DNA of 64,000 nucleotides. Source: Phoronis australis. Taxonomy: Eukaryota > Animalia > Phoronida. The stretch covers positions 173,109 through 237,108 of the forward strand of contig NMRA01000624.1 in the NCBI GenBank assembly GCA_002633005.1, given 5' to 3'. Each line of letters begins with the position of its first letter. Position 1 is the stretch's first letter. Under the pieces are notes generated by a model. The model ran no database searches and had not been told where the DNA came from. It saw only the letters and a program-made list of their open reading frames with translations. Below, piece by piece: positions 1 to 12,400 of this stretch. Both the position numbers and the translations under genes were made by a program.

Positions 1-461
1 CAAAAACCAGAATGTTGTCGTTATAGCCTTTAGTTAAGAAAATCACCTCCATACTATATACAAGTGCATTTTTTGGCTTGGGTGAACATACTTATTGGAT
101 GTTGTTTACATGCTTTCTAGGTCTAAAACCTCTCTTGCAGCTTGAGGACTGTCCTTTTCTAAGACTTCTGCTTCGGAAAGTTTTTGCAGAAGGTGGATTC
201 GAATTGATTTTTCAGTGCATGACAGCATTGCACCGCTGGCAGCAAAGATTGGTCTTAGTGTTTGGATGAATTCATAGTGGCCGATAGCATGTTTCTGGTC
301 GATTTGCCCAGCAGGCTAAAACTCCTGTTGTTCTCATCATTGATCCTCAGCCTGGTTATTGCCAAACTTATCTGCCATCCGACTGTCAACGGCAAAATGC
401 ATTTCCATTGAGTAGTTGAGAACTGGATTCCAGAGTGAACAGTGAAAATAATAACGAAATC

Positions 462-464
<3 letters not shown>

Positions 465-501
<37 letters not shown>
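465..501. repeat. (TA)n microsatellite
   Basis: Directly visible. Confidence 0.95.
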
Positions 502-502
<1 letters not shown>

Positions 503-689
503 TGTACGTATATAATCATGTATATAGACTTCTTTGTATTTTTTTACCCAGATCTAATGCCTCTTGGTGTTTTCTGGGTTATGTATATTCATTGTATTCT
601 GAAGATTTCATAATAAACATTAAAAAAATATGTCTAAAATGTCTTTTCATAAAAAATACATATACACTGTAAATATAGGTTAATCTGCG

Positions 690-1193
690 TTTCTGTGATT
701 CCTTTAAATATTCTGGGGTTCGTATCTGCTATTAAAATCTTTTAGATTTTTGCATCATTTTAGAAATAGTGTTTTTCAGTTGTTTAGCCCACAAAATGTG
801 GTTGCAGCCATTAAAACTAACATTCTACTGTAAGTGACCCAAGAGCAGATATACTGAGCAAAATTGATTTTACGAGCGCCATTTCTGAAATTTCAAGATG
901 GCCACCAAGATGGCCGCCAGTAAAATTTAAATTTCCTATTCATCAACCCCAGAACTGCAGGTGAAACCATAAAAAATATCATTCTCAGTGACCCAAGGGC
1001 GGATATGTTAGGCAAAATCCATTTTACCGGTGCCATTTTTGAAAAACCAAGATGGCAGCCACGATGGCCACCGAAAAATGGAATCAATTATTTTCTAATA
1101 CGTCATTCCATGAGCTTTCTAAAAATGTATAGTTTCCACTTTCCCTAAAAAATTCCAACGAATGTCAAACTTTGGACATAGTGAACCTGACTA
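690..1193. mobile_element. Academ-like DNA transposon terminus
   Basis: Ends in ...GAACCTGACTA (TAG terminus on the other strand); repeated CAAGATGGC(C/A)(A/G)CC subterminal motifs. Left boundary uncertain. Confidence 0.45.
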
Positions 1194-1629
1194 GCATGCA
1201 ATTTTTCAATGACATCCAATGCATCTTAGAGAGTGAACAAAATGCGACCAGCTTAGAGTCATTTCACCTGAAAAGTCACAATTTCCTTCAGAAAGTCAGA
1301 AAGCACCATTTTCAAGAGCAGTTTGACAGAAATGGCACCATTGGGCAAACCGTGCGTGTCCTGCCTGTTTGCTAGAGTAAAGCGATCTCATATATGTAGG
1401 TCTACTTCCAAAAAATGTTTCAAGCTCATGGGCGCTTTAATTATGGTTTATTTTGCATTACTCATTTCTATGTATACATGTAGCTTCAAGGGCCTACTTT
1501 TGTATTCATAAATTTCTCTATGCGCCACCTAATTGGTCGCCTATATCTCCTTTGTTCAGTTCAACGTGATCTCTCTCATTCAGCCACCTACCTCGTCGTC
1601 TACAAGACCTACGTTCGTTCTCTGCATAT

Positions 1630-3119
1630 TTCCCAACACCGGTAAAAGTAAGCAAACTTAAACCTCTCCTTTCAGGTTATGACTCCCTATCGACTACGGA
1701 GCTTATCAGTGGTTTCTCTTTTGGTTTCAGACTCGGCGCCTCCCCGATCTGGCAATCCAATCCCCCCATCAACCACCCATCCGTAATCCTGAAGTTACCT
1801 TTCAGAAAATGCATACTGAGGTTCAGCTGGGTCGCTATGCTGTTCCCTTCGCATCCCCTCCATTCCCCCTATTCTCTTCGTCACCCTTTTCCCTCATCCC
1901 TAAATCTCACCCTATCAATTTTCGACTCATTCATAACTTGTCATATCCATCTCGTTACTCTAACTCACTTAACTCCCTCATACCCCTTCAGTTCTCCCTA
2001 GTCCAGTACTAATCCATCACGGACGCTATCCGCCTGGTTCAACGGTTTGGGCGCCACTCCCTCCTGGCTAAGACTGACATGAAGGACGCTTTACGCATCG
2101 TACCGATGCACCCTGACGACTACCACCTCTTGGGTCTCTCCTGGGCCAACAACTTCTACTACGACAGGTGCCTGCCATTTGGCTGTGCCTCCAGCTGCAA
2201 CATCTTCGAGAAGGTCAGTTCTGCGATTCAATGGATCCTGGAAACCAAGTTGAAGGTCGNCGCCGCATTTATATCACTCTGCGACTCCCTAGGCATCCCT
2301 ATCAACCACGACCTTACAAGTCAGCCGACCACCTCCATCACCATTTATGGCATCCACCTCGACTCTGCCACCATGACTGCTTCTTTCCCACAGGACAAGG
2401 TGGACAGAGCTTCCATCCTCCTCCTCGATTTCCAGAAGCACCACAAGGTTACTCTTCGCGACGTTCAATCCCTCTTTGGTCTACTAAACTTCGCCTGCTC
2501 CGTCATCGTGCCCGGCCGCGCCTTCCTGCGCCGACTCATCAACCTCACCATTGGAATTTCGAGAACAGACCACTTCGTCATGCTCAATAAAGAAGCTAGA
2601 ACGCACCTTCGGGCTTGGTCGATCTTTCTCCGAGGCTTCAATGGGAAAATATTGTTCCCATTCGACAAGTGGACATCTTCAGACACCATCAAACTGTACT
2701 CTGATGCTGCAGGCTCCAATAGGGGTTTTTCTGCGACATTGGGAGCTTCCTGGTTTGCCTGCCCGTGGCCCGAGCACCTGCAATGCCATCACATCACCTT
2801 CAAGGAAATACTTCCTATCGTCATAGCGCTAGAGCTGTGGGGATCAAAGCTTGCCAACCACAACATCCTCTTCCTGTGTGACAGCCGTGCCGTCGTTGAC
2901 ATTATCAACAAGACCTCCTCCCGCCACATTCCCATTATGTCTCTTGTTCGTCGCTGGTCATCTCCGCTCTTACCTTTAACGTTCATTTTCGGGCAAAACA
3001 TATCCCTGGCTACACTTACATCATCGCTGATGCACTTTTTCGTTTCAACTTTCGTGACGCCTTTTGCCAGGGTTCTTGGCTCAGCCCTCATCCGACACCG
3101 ATCCCGCCGCACCTCCTGA
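1630..3119 (+). pseudogene. Ngaro reverse transcriptase / RNase H (frameshifted, contains an assembly gap)
   Basis: FRLIHNLSYP, KTDMKDALRI, DRCLPFGCASS, LYSDAAG, ITFKEILPI, FLCDSRAVV motifs; stop codon and frameshifts; N at 2260. Confidence 0.9.
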
Positions 3120-4005
3120 CAGCGTGACCAGACTGCTCCGGGCTTCCCTGCCCCCCTCCATTCTTCAGTCCTACACTCGCATCCTGCATAACCTCGCACA
3201 GTTTCACCTCTCCTCTAACAACTCTCCGCTCACCTTGCCCATTAATACCTCTTTCCTGGCCCACTGCATCTCTCATCTCTTCGAATCTGGCCTTAGTAGG
3301 TCGTATATCCAGTCCTATGTCTCTGCCCTTAGTTTTGTCCACAAGCTTGACAATCTCCCTAGCCCCACTTCCTCCTTTTTAATCAAAAAATCCCTCAAAG
3401 GTGCTTCCAATCTGTGCCCTTCTTCTGACACAGGCATGCCCATTACTTCAGCTTTGCTTCACCGCTTCTTTGACGCATACCCTTCTGCACTCCGCTCTTT
3501 CGCCGACTCGGTTCTCGCACATCCCATGTTCCTCCTAGCCTTCCATGCCTTCCTCAGAGTCGGTGAATTCACAGTCACATCCTCGCTCTCCTCCCACGTC
3601 ATACGGGGCAGCGACGTCGTCTTCCCCCCTCTGGCGATTCTGTGGTCATCCCTATGCGTACCTTCAAGCAGAGCTGGGGCCCAGTCTCACTTACGATTCC
3701 GTCCAGCCAATCTCCCCATTACCTGGTAGATGCCCTAAGCTTGTACTTGTCTACTTTTCAGCCGCCTCGAGGCCCCTTGTTCCAACACCTCAGTGCATCA
3801 CCGGTTACACGTTCCTGCTTCAACTAAATGTTAACTAAATTGGTTTCCATTGTAGGACTCGACACCAGTCTTATACGTCACATACATGTAGCTTTCGCAT
3901 TGGCGCCGCCACCTCAGCGGCCAGCCGTGGCGTCCCTGAACCGGTGATCCAGCGGATGGGGCGCTTGAAATCTGACGCACTAAAAATCACATTCGCATGT
4001 CTGCT
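3064..4005 (+). pseudogene. Ngaro tyrosine recombinase (frameshifted)
   Basis: SYVSALSFVHK, AFHAFLRVGE (catalytic Arg), H[TC]SFRIGAAT, IQRMGRLKSDA. Confidence 0.88.
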
Positions 4006-5002
4006 TTTTCCTCTTCCCCAGGCTTCCTGAACTCCCGGTGAGCCTTGTGTTGGAGCTCCCCATTTCTCTCACTTTGCTTTTCAGCCCCTCCCACTCCTCT
4101 GCGTCTGTGGTTTCAGCCCCCTAGGTCAGGTCTGTTGTTGCAGCCGACCTCCTCCCATTCACAGGTCTGTTGTTGCAGCCTGCGGCCAACGGTCTGTAGT
4201 TGCAGGCTTCAATCTCTAGTCATTTGTTCTAGTTACCTTTACTTCCATTAATTGTTGCATTTTCCTTAACGGTTCGTTATATTCTTGTTTTTTATATTCT
4301 AGTCTTTTGTATTCTAGTTTTCTATTATACCATAATTAGCACTTATATCTTATCATAGTCTCACCTTGATATTGCCCGGATTCCGCTTCCTCGGATGGGC
4401 GATGTCAGCATTCCCGTGCTGCCATTATGGCGTTTTGTCCATGCCCATCTCGCAGAGTCTTATTTAGTTTTATCTATTTACGCCATAATAAATGATAGTA
4501 TTCTCAATCCTCCTCTTGTTTTACTCTGCAACATAGCTCGTGGCGTACCCCGGGCAAAATAGATTACGATAAATTAAATTTAACTTGTTAAATGCATTCA
4601 TCGTCATTATTCTGACATTTGTCTCTTTATTTTGATATCAACCCTTAGGGATTATTTTGCACTACTCATTTCTATTTATAGCACCAAGGGCCCACTTTTG
4701 TATTCATACATTTCTCTATGCGACACCTGATTGGTCGCCCATATTTCCTTTGTTCAGTTAAACGTGGTCTCTCTCATTCAGCCACCTACTTCGTCGTCTA
4801 CAAGACCTACGATACATGTAGCTCGTGGAGTACCCCGGGCAAAATAGATTACGATAAATAATACAAAATGTGAAAATGTTATCTTTAAAAGGATAATGTA
4901 CCTGTTGTCACTAATTTTCGTTACATCTAGAATAACATTAACACAGAAATAAGAAAATGATTCAACATACAAGTTCCAAGTGAGTAAGCTGCTCTATGTA
5001 TG

Positions 5003-5034
<32 letters not shown>

Positions 5035-6105
5035 CATATATATTAAATTCTCACACCTTTTTTTCATTATTACTGTACGTAGTATAATTCTGTTTGTGAA
5101 CCATATACTGTACANTATATGTATATGAAATAAGTTAGCTTTTGAGGGATGCCAGTTGCTTGAACACAGTTTATGAGGTGAAGAACAGATACACTGTGAA
5201 TTAGCAAGAGGGATTCAACATTTGTCATGGTTCATGTTGATTTTGCAGCTCAAACCTCTAAACACAATATCTTATCTTCATTTAAGCCAACACTAAGTGT
5301 GAGTTGATTCTGTGACAACCTGGCATCTTGACGAGATATATTGAAGAATGGTTGAACTTACTCGTAAAAATTGAAAGTATATAAGTATGATATCAATGAA
5401 CAATCAAAATATGATCACATTACGTATTTAAAATTCAAAACACTGCCAAAATGTCGCGCATTATTCGTATTGTCTGGAGCGATCAAACTACGATTTGCTT
5501 TGTAGGTATTACCTTGTAAGTGTCTGTCTATTATATATTTAAAATAGTCTCCAATTGAATTTTAACATAAAAACGTACTATTTTCAAGGCACAATCATTA
5601 AGCTGTAGTGTGCAATGGTACTGAACATAAAACAGAGTTTCAAATAACCAATTATGAATTGATATACTACTGAAGATGAGAGGCTGAAATGAACGGCTGA
5701 ACGTTCCATCTTCATATATTACCTGAAAAGACAACAGTTTCTACTGAATCTCTTGTTTTGTGTACAAACCAACTTACCTGTTTAAAAGGACCATTTGCAA
5801 GAAAAGTTTATCAAGCCAGTATCAACCAGAATATATGCATACCAAGCTTCTGTTAGAGCTGTATCACACTTGAAAACCATGCTTCATAAGTGCTCTCCTG
5901 ACACAAATGCACTCTCTGAGTGCTAAACTAACTCTAACTTAGTATTTGGACATTTGAAAAGGCAGTTAAATCTTTTTATTGCAAATTCTTTGGTGTTATT
6001 ACTGGAACATGTTCAGTCATTCAAATGGGGTGATTACCTTCCTGCCGCCTTTTCAGAACTGCCAAGCCTATTTAAATTATAAATTTATTGAAGAGTTCTA
6101 TCATA

Positions 6106-6310
6106 TTTTACACGTTTGACTGCTAGCATGGAAAATTCTACACGTTTGACACGCTAGTGTGGCAATTTTTACACATTTGACACATAATGTGTCATGTTTT
6201 TACACGTTTTAAACGTTAGCGTGTCTATTTTGACACGTTTTACACGCTTTTTACACGTTTGACACATTTTTGACACGTTTAACACGCTCAAGAGTGTCAA
6301 ATGTGTAAGC
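6106..6310. repeat. Degenerate minisatellite of TTTACACGTTTGAC(AC) units, probably subterminal repeats of a DNA transposon
   Basis: Multiple recurrent ACACGTTT/ACACATTT motifs. Confidence 0.6.
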
Positions 6311-7039
6311 TTCTCATTCGGCAAAGCAGGTCAGTATACTAAAACGAATACTTCTGTTGTAATAGATAAGGCAAAGAAGTCAGGCTAAATTTCGGCAATA
6401 AAATTTGACCGTTACAAAGCAAATCATTATATGCCCTTTATTCAACTAAAGTTCAAATCTGCAGGGTTTCTTTGGGGGGATAAATGGAAACGACGTTTAG
6501 TCAAACTGTCTACCATCTACTCATTGTACCCTTGATTTAGACTAAGTTCATGTTACTTTGGGTGTACATGTATATCAAGCCTAGTAACCCCAAGAAATAT
6601 ACAGAGGAGACTTACAAATTAAAAATCGTTACTCCCTTAATTTATTCAAAGTTCAATCTACAAGAGGAAACAAACACGACTTAGGGGCATGCATTTTACA
6701 AATACAAAATACACCGTACGGTATTTTCAATTTGTAAAATTCCTGCAAAGGTACGTGTATGTAATAAAGTCAACCAGCAAGCCAACAGACTTTACTATAG
6801 ACGCACAATGAAAAGATCATCATGCAAAAGGGCCATGAATTCCTACACACACCCAGAACAAAAGACGTCAATTATGTTTAGTTCGTGTAACAAAAACAAT
6901 CAAAGGTACATATTAAGCCCAGTAACCCCAGTCTACCCTTGCTAATACCCGATATATCTTCGTCACAGAACTCTTTACCTTGATCTCTCTAAATTAAAAG
7001 ATAGCGTTAATTCAATAGCGCAACCGCATTGATAGCCGA

Positions 7040-7280
7040 TCCCACGGGGAACTAGGTCGCAAGCTTGTCGCATAGATAACGATACAGAGATGTATCCATT
7101 GTTCGCTTTGTTTGTTTACTTATAATTAAGATAATAAAAATAATCGATAACGGGCTGATTAGCTCCTCAGGTGCAATGTTTGTGTCTAACAAAGACACAA
7201 CAAAGGAAAACAATGGAAGTGTCCCCTAGGCGACAACCATACTACGCGCTTGTCGCATGGATCTCGCAAATTAAACAATA
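7040..7280. mobile_element. Degenerate MITE-like repeat with an inverted second copy at about 19990-20220
   Basis: Internal inverted repeats (ccattgttcgctttgtt / aacaaaggaaaacaatgg); the reverse complement matches 20160-20215. Confidence 0.55.
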
Positions 7281-9350
7281 CCTTGCGATATTCATACAAG
7301 GTCATGATTCTTTGTCAAAGAGCTATGTCGTTGAATCAATCTAGATTTATAAGACAGTTGTAATCCAATAGAGAAATTTGGTTAATAGCGGATAAAACTT
7401 CGTCCGGGAAGGCTTTCCTTCGATTTAGCTAGATTAGAAGAAAGCGCTATTTCGCTAACTAAAGAACGGATATGCCTTCGTCTGAGACTGAGAACTCTTT
7501 CCTTTGATCTATCTAGATTAGGAGATATTGCTACTTCAGTTTTATCTATAGATATTTCGACTGATTACGTCCACTTTGACCCGATGCCTTCATTTTTACT
7601 TGTTAAGTCCATTTTAACTCATGCAATTAATTTTCCCCCTTTTGTCATTCTTGAACCATTTTTCAATATAACATGTATTTTGAGAGGTGTTCCGCTATTA
7701 ATCGACCGTGTGCCCCAATAAAAAAAGTTTTGTTTCAATCATTCTGTTTGACTACAGCAATTACCTCGACAGGATGCAGTATGCAATAGGCACTTGCTCT
7801 ACTTTCTGTGTACATTTCTGCATTACGTTAAAGTCGTGGACAGGTGACAGATGTAAAAACACACTGCAGCATTAGCAGGGGTTTGGTATGATTACTCGGT
7901 TATTGAATAAAATTTCTGAAATGTTAAGTTACAACTAGAGAATTGTTACTGCATATCGTTGTCAACCTTTGTGCGTTATGCGGAATTCACGAGACGGCTT
8001 GACATCATGAAATGAATATCAGTCGGCATGATCTGTTGAAAGCGTCTTGTACAAGTACATGTAAATGTACATGTGCAACATTCTGCTGCTGCAATACACT
8101 ACGACATGTATATCCGTGGCAAACGAGGTAAACATGTCCACGTTACATACATTTATGTTAACAAGACATTGCATTTACATTGTTTAAAGCTTTTGCATAT
8201 AGTTTCCGGAAGAACATCCAGTAAGCACCAGCTGCAATTGAATATCTGGTACATATTCTCGTTTCAGCTGCCACAATAACCGGGAAAAGTACATGTATGT
8301 ATTTTTGTGGGTTTAATCTTATTGTTATCAACTTCATAATGTCCTACACTTGTTTCCTTGCATAGGAGTAAGTTGGTTAATTACTAAGCTATACTTTCGA
8401 ATAGTATTTTGCTGTGCCATCAAATTTTTATTAATTCCTTGGCAGTTTGTACACAGCGTGCTCGGAGACTTGATTTCGCTGTCACTTAAAACAAAGCAAT
8501 ACATGTTTTCACACCTAAAGCATATCTCTGAAATTATATTTTTATGTTGTGTGCATTAACATATAAACAGATTCCAAACCTTCGTCGTTGGTGTCGTCCT
8601 TTCCATCGATTATTAAATGTCTTCTGTCTAGATTCAAAGGTCTTCCATTTTGATGTCTATCATTACATGCCAATCATTGAGTGTGTTCATTATAAAATAT
8701 TGTATCTGTTATCGGTAAAAATGTGTCATCAATTACCAAAGACACGTCAATAATCAAACGTCAAATTATGATCTCAAACGGAGACAGTTAACGAAAGATT
8801 GGATGAAAATAGATATCAAGTAAACGTCTGAATACCAATTGAATTGCATAAGCATACTGAATATTAACGTTTATCTAAATATCGTAATACATGTATGTCC
8901 ATTTGAACCATTATTTCCAGTTTGGTGGTGGGATCCATTTTCACCCATTATGTCCCTTATAACGGTAGCAACAATAATAATAATTACATCAAACTCACAC
9001 AATTTTGATTAAAATCCATATCCAAACAATGAAAAATCAACCACGGAATTCTTCATACATATAAGTGATGGAACTTCTCAAGTAGTTTTTTCAAGACTTA
9101 AGTGAATGTGGTGCTAAGGGGATCTCGAGGCTATTTTAAGTTTGTGACAAATTTCCAATGATTTAAGGTTATTTTACTCTGAGGTGACGCTAAGGAGGCT
9201 TCGAGTAAGTGGATTTATGTGTATAGTGAATGAGATGCTACGATCAGATGACCTCGGGCAAGTTGCCACGGGGTCCAAAATGTATGACTGGGAGCGAACT
9301 CTAATTCAATGACTTTTTGGATGTACTGATCAACTGATTACGTTTTACAG

Positions 9351-9485
9351 CACCTCGACCGTGTGTAAATAAAGTCGCCACACATGTATGTGCTACTTTC
9401 GTACACTGGAAACTCTGCAATTACTTTAAAAGTTGGGCAAGTGACCACTGCGAAGCTTACTGCGGTTTTTGCGTAGGACCTATAG
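9351..9485 (+). CDS. ShK-domain exon 1: PRPCVNKVATHVCATFVHWKLCNYFKSWASDHCEAYCGFCVGPI
   Basis: ttttacag acceptor, gtaagt donor, 135 nt, phase 1-1, six Cys with terminal CxxxCxxC. Confidence 0.88.
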
Positions 9486-12400
9486 GTAAGTGTGTAAAGA
9501 TCACAAGGCTTGGGAAATGAAAATGAATCTTGATATACTGTACCTTTGTTAATATTTGAACCGATGACAAATTTAGCAGTAATCAGCCATTGCCAAGTGT
9601 TCCATACATGTATATACTAGTATTCGTTTTGTGTTAATGAAGTGTTTCCCTACATGTATTAGCCACATGCTGCTAAGTTTTACTCATTCATTTATGTAAA
9701 GGTTGGCGTTCTTTATACAGCTGCATTCCTTCTTCAGGACGCAGTAACATGCATTGTCAGTGCTACAATAATACGCGACCTTCCTTAATGACACCTCAGA
9801 TGAGATGTTCAGTCATACTCCACTTGTGCAGTAATACTTAACCAGCGCTAAGGAATAACAGGCAACTTTCCAATTCAGTGACGAAGTGTCGCAAATTAGT
9901 ACATTACTAATTGAATTGGACCTGAGCTAAACAAGCGTTTTGTCGACTCAAAACCTATGTTTAAGGATAAGGATAATTTCGAGCGGTTGTTTTTTTCTTT
10001 TAAGTGGCTGTTTGTTCGAACAGCGCAATTTTGTTTAGTCAATCTAATTGATCATATCACAATCAATTAGTGCATTATGCGTTGCATCGGCAGTGTTTAG
10101 ATGCAATAAGATGATAAATTAATAAAGATTTTGATTTAGCTTAGAGCATATTCTTGTTCCAGAATTAGGTTTATTATTCCAAAGCGATTGTTCGTCCAGC
10201 TTGTTCCGCAATAGTCCGCCATCCACATTTTAACTGCCCCGGTACTTTGCGATTTGCACTCAGCAAGTCACAATCCTCATCTATTTGATGCTGTAAATAC
10301 AAACACAACATATGCATGTTGTACGTATTTACCTAAACATCATTCAAGAATGAATAGACTCACCGGAGACAGCCCAAGGGTTATTACATTATTTCTGCGG
10401 CGAAGGATTGTGTCTCCGATGAGTTGCCAGCAATCACTGGTACGGTGCGCAGCTTTAGACGCTCTGCGGCTGGGTTAAATGAATTTTATAGGCCTAATTA
10501 TCCCCAATTCCCGAAATAGATAAATGCAACCACTGTGGTAATAACCACAAGTCTTTAGAGTGCGACAACGTGGAGAAAGAACCGACCTGCGCCAACTGCG
10601 GTGGCCCCCACCCAGCAAACCGCAGGTCCTGCAGTCACTACACTGACTACAAAACTGCAACTATAACAAAGAAGCTGTCATACGCTCAGGCTGCTAAGAG
10701 CCCATCAAACGACCTATAGGTCCTAAGACTGGCTACGACGCTCACCGAGCTGGCGGTGGGTATAATGATAACAAAACTAGGGCTAGACTTCGGAAAGGAA
10801 GAAATCAGCCAGTTGATCGTTGATTCCATCAACACCAACTACAAAACAGATCTGATTGGCTCACGGATCCTCCAGCTGGTGAACAGACTGAAAATATACA
10901 GTATCTAAAGAGACACCTCAGGTTTCCGCCATGGCTAGCCTACTACACATTAACCTCAATGGGGCGAGAGGAAAACGGCAAACTCTAATAGAGCATCTTA
11001 CCGACGAAAAAACAGACGTAGTATCCATGAAAGAAACCTGGCTGTCCGACACCATCAAATTCACAATACCTGGCTACAGCTTTGTCCGGAGAGATCGCTC
11101 CGACCGCTCGGGCGGCGGGGTGGGCATCCTTGTCAGGCAAGGAGTTGATTTCACTCCCATAGACACAAATATGCTCAGAGCTGAAGTAGTTGCGGTTGAA
11201 TGCCGCGTCAACAGAAAAACTACTGCAGTCGTGTCAATCTACAATCCTCTAGGAAGCATTGTAGACAAGTACCTATTTAGGCACTTCACGAACTCCTATA
11301 AACAGTGCATATGTATGGGCGATTTCAACTCCAAGCATCTGTTCTTCGGAAACAGAAAACTGACATAGCAGGCGAGATACTCTTCAACGCCGTATGAAAC
11401 TCAGATCTCCACCTAGTCAACGACACTGGTGAGCCCACTTACCACCAGTGGACTGGCGCACGCCGCCAGATCCAACATCGCGAAGTCTTGGACTTCATAT
11501 TCATTACCCGATCTCTACTCAGCTCAGTGCATGAATGCGAGGTTAGGACGACCTCATGAGTGACCACCTAGCGGTACACCTGAAACTAGACAACGCCAGA
11601 GGCCAGCTCGACTCCCTCCCACAAGCTTACATGCACTCATGTAAGAAAATGAATTGGCAACAATTTAAGTGGGATGTGGAGACTGACATAGAATGTACGT
11701 AGAGCCCAATCCGTACTCCAGCCGATATTGATCATGCCTCTCAAGCGTTAAGAAATGCTATAAACAACGCATTGGATAAAAACTGTACCATTGTGAAGAT
11801 ACGCCCATTCACATGGCGGTGCTCAGCAGACACACTGATGCTTATCGGGATCAAACGCAAAATCAAGCGCAAGACCCAGGTTTACCCTGACAACCCGATC
11901 TACTGTAACATCTACAATGTATTGAAAAGACGCGTCGAGAACGCTTTCAAACACGAGAAAAGGCAATCGTACATGCAATTCTGTGAGTCTCTAAATGAGG
12001 AAAGGGGTAAAGGTTTTTGGCAGGCTTTTAAGAGGATTACAGGCAGGGGCCCTCACAACCACCAGAGTGCAAAACCACTGATTCATGACAACAAAACTGC
12101 CTCCTTTAACTCAGACAAGGCCACAGTGTTTGCTACAGAATACCCACAGGATGCACGAAGGCCCGATCTTCTGCAATATGACAAAACGCCTCGTAGACTG
12201 TGCAAAGGTCCGAAAAGCACATCTGTTCAATACCCTTAACACAATTACGCAAGACTGCGGGGATGACCACGAAATGCTTTCTGAAATAAAGCCATTCGAG
12301 ATCAGGCGAAAACTTTCTAAGTGTAAGAAAAACAGCAGCCCAAGAAACGATTCCACATAACCTGGATTTGTCGTGACGACTTGATTGGGACCTCAGGGGT

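Larger units (their letters stand above)
1441..4859 (+). mobile_element. DIRS-order, Ngaro-type tyrosine-recombinase retrotransposon (degenerate)
   Basis: Split direct repeats A1 1441-1613, B1 4533-4574, A2 4645-4811, B2 4812-4859; contains RT, RNase H and YR remnants. Confidence 0.92.

Noticed and set aside
2240-2280. RT lacking the YxDD motif as a novel catalytically dead enzyme
   Set aside because: The missing segment coincides with the assembly N at 2260.
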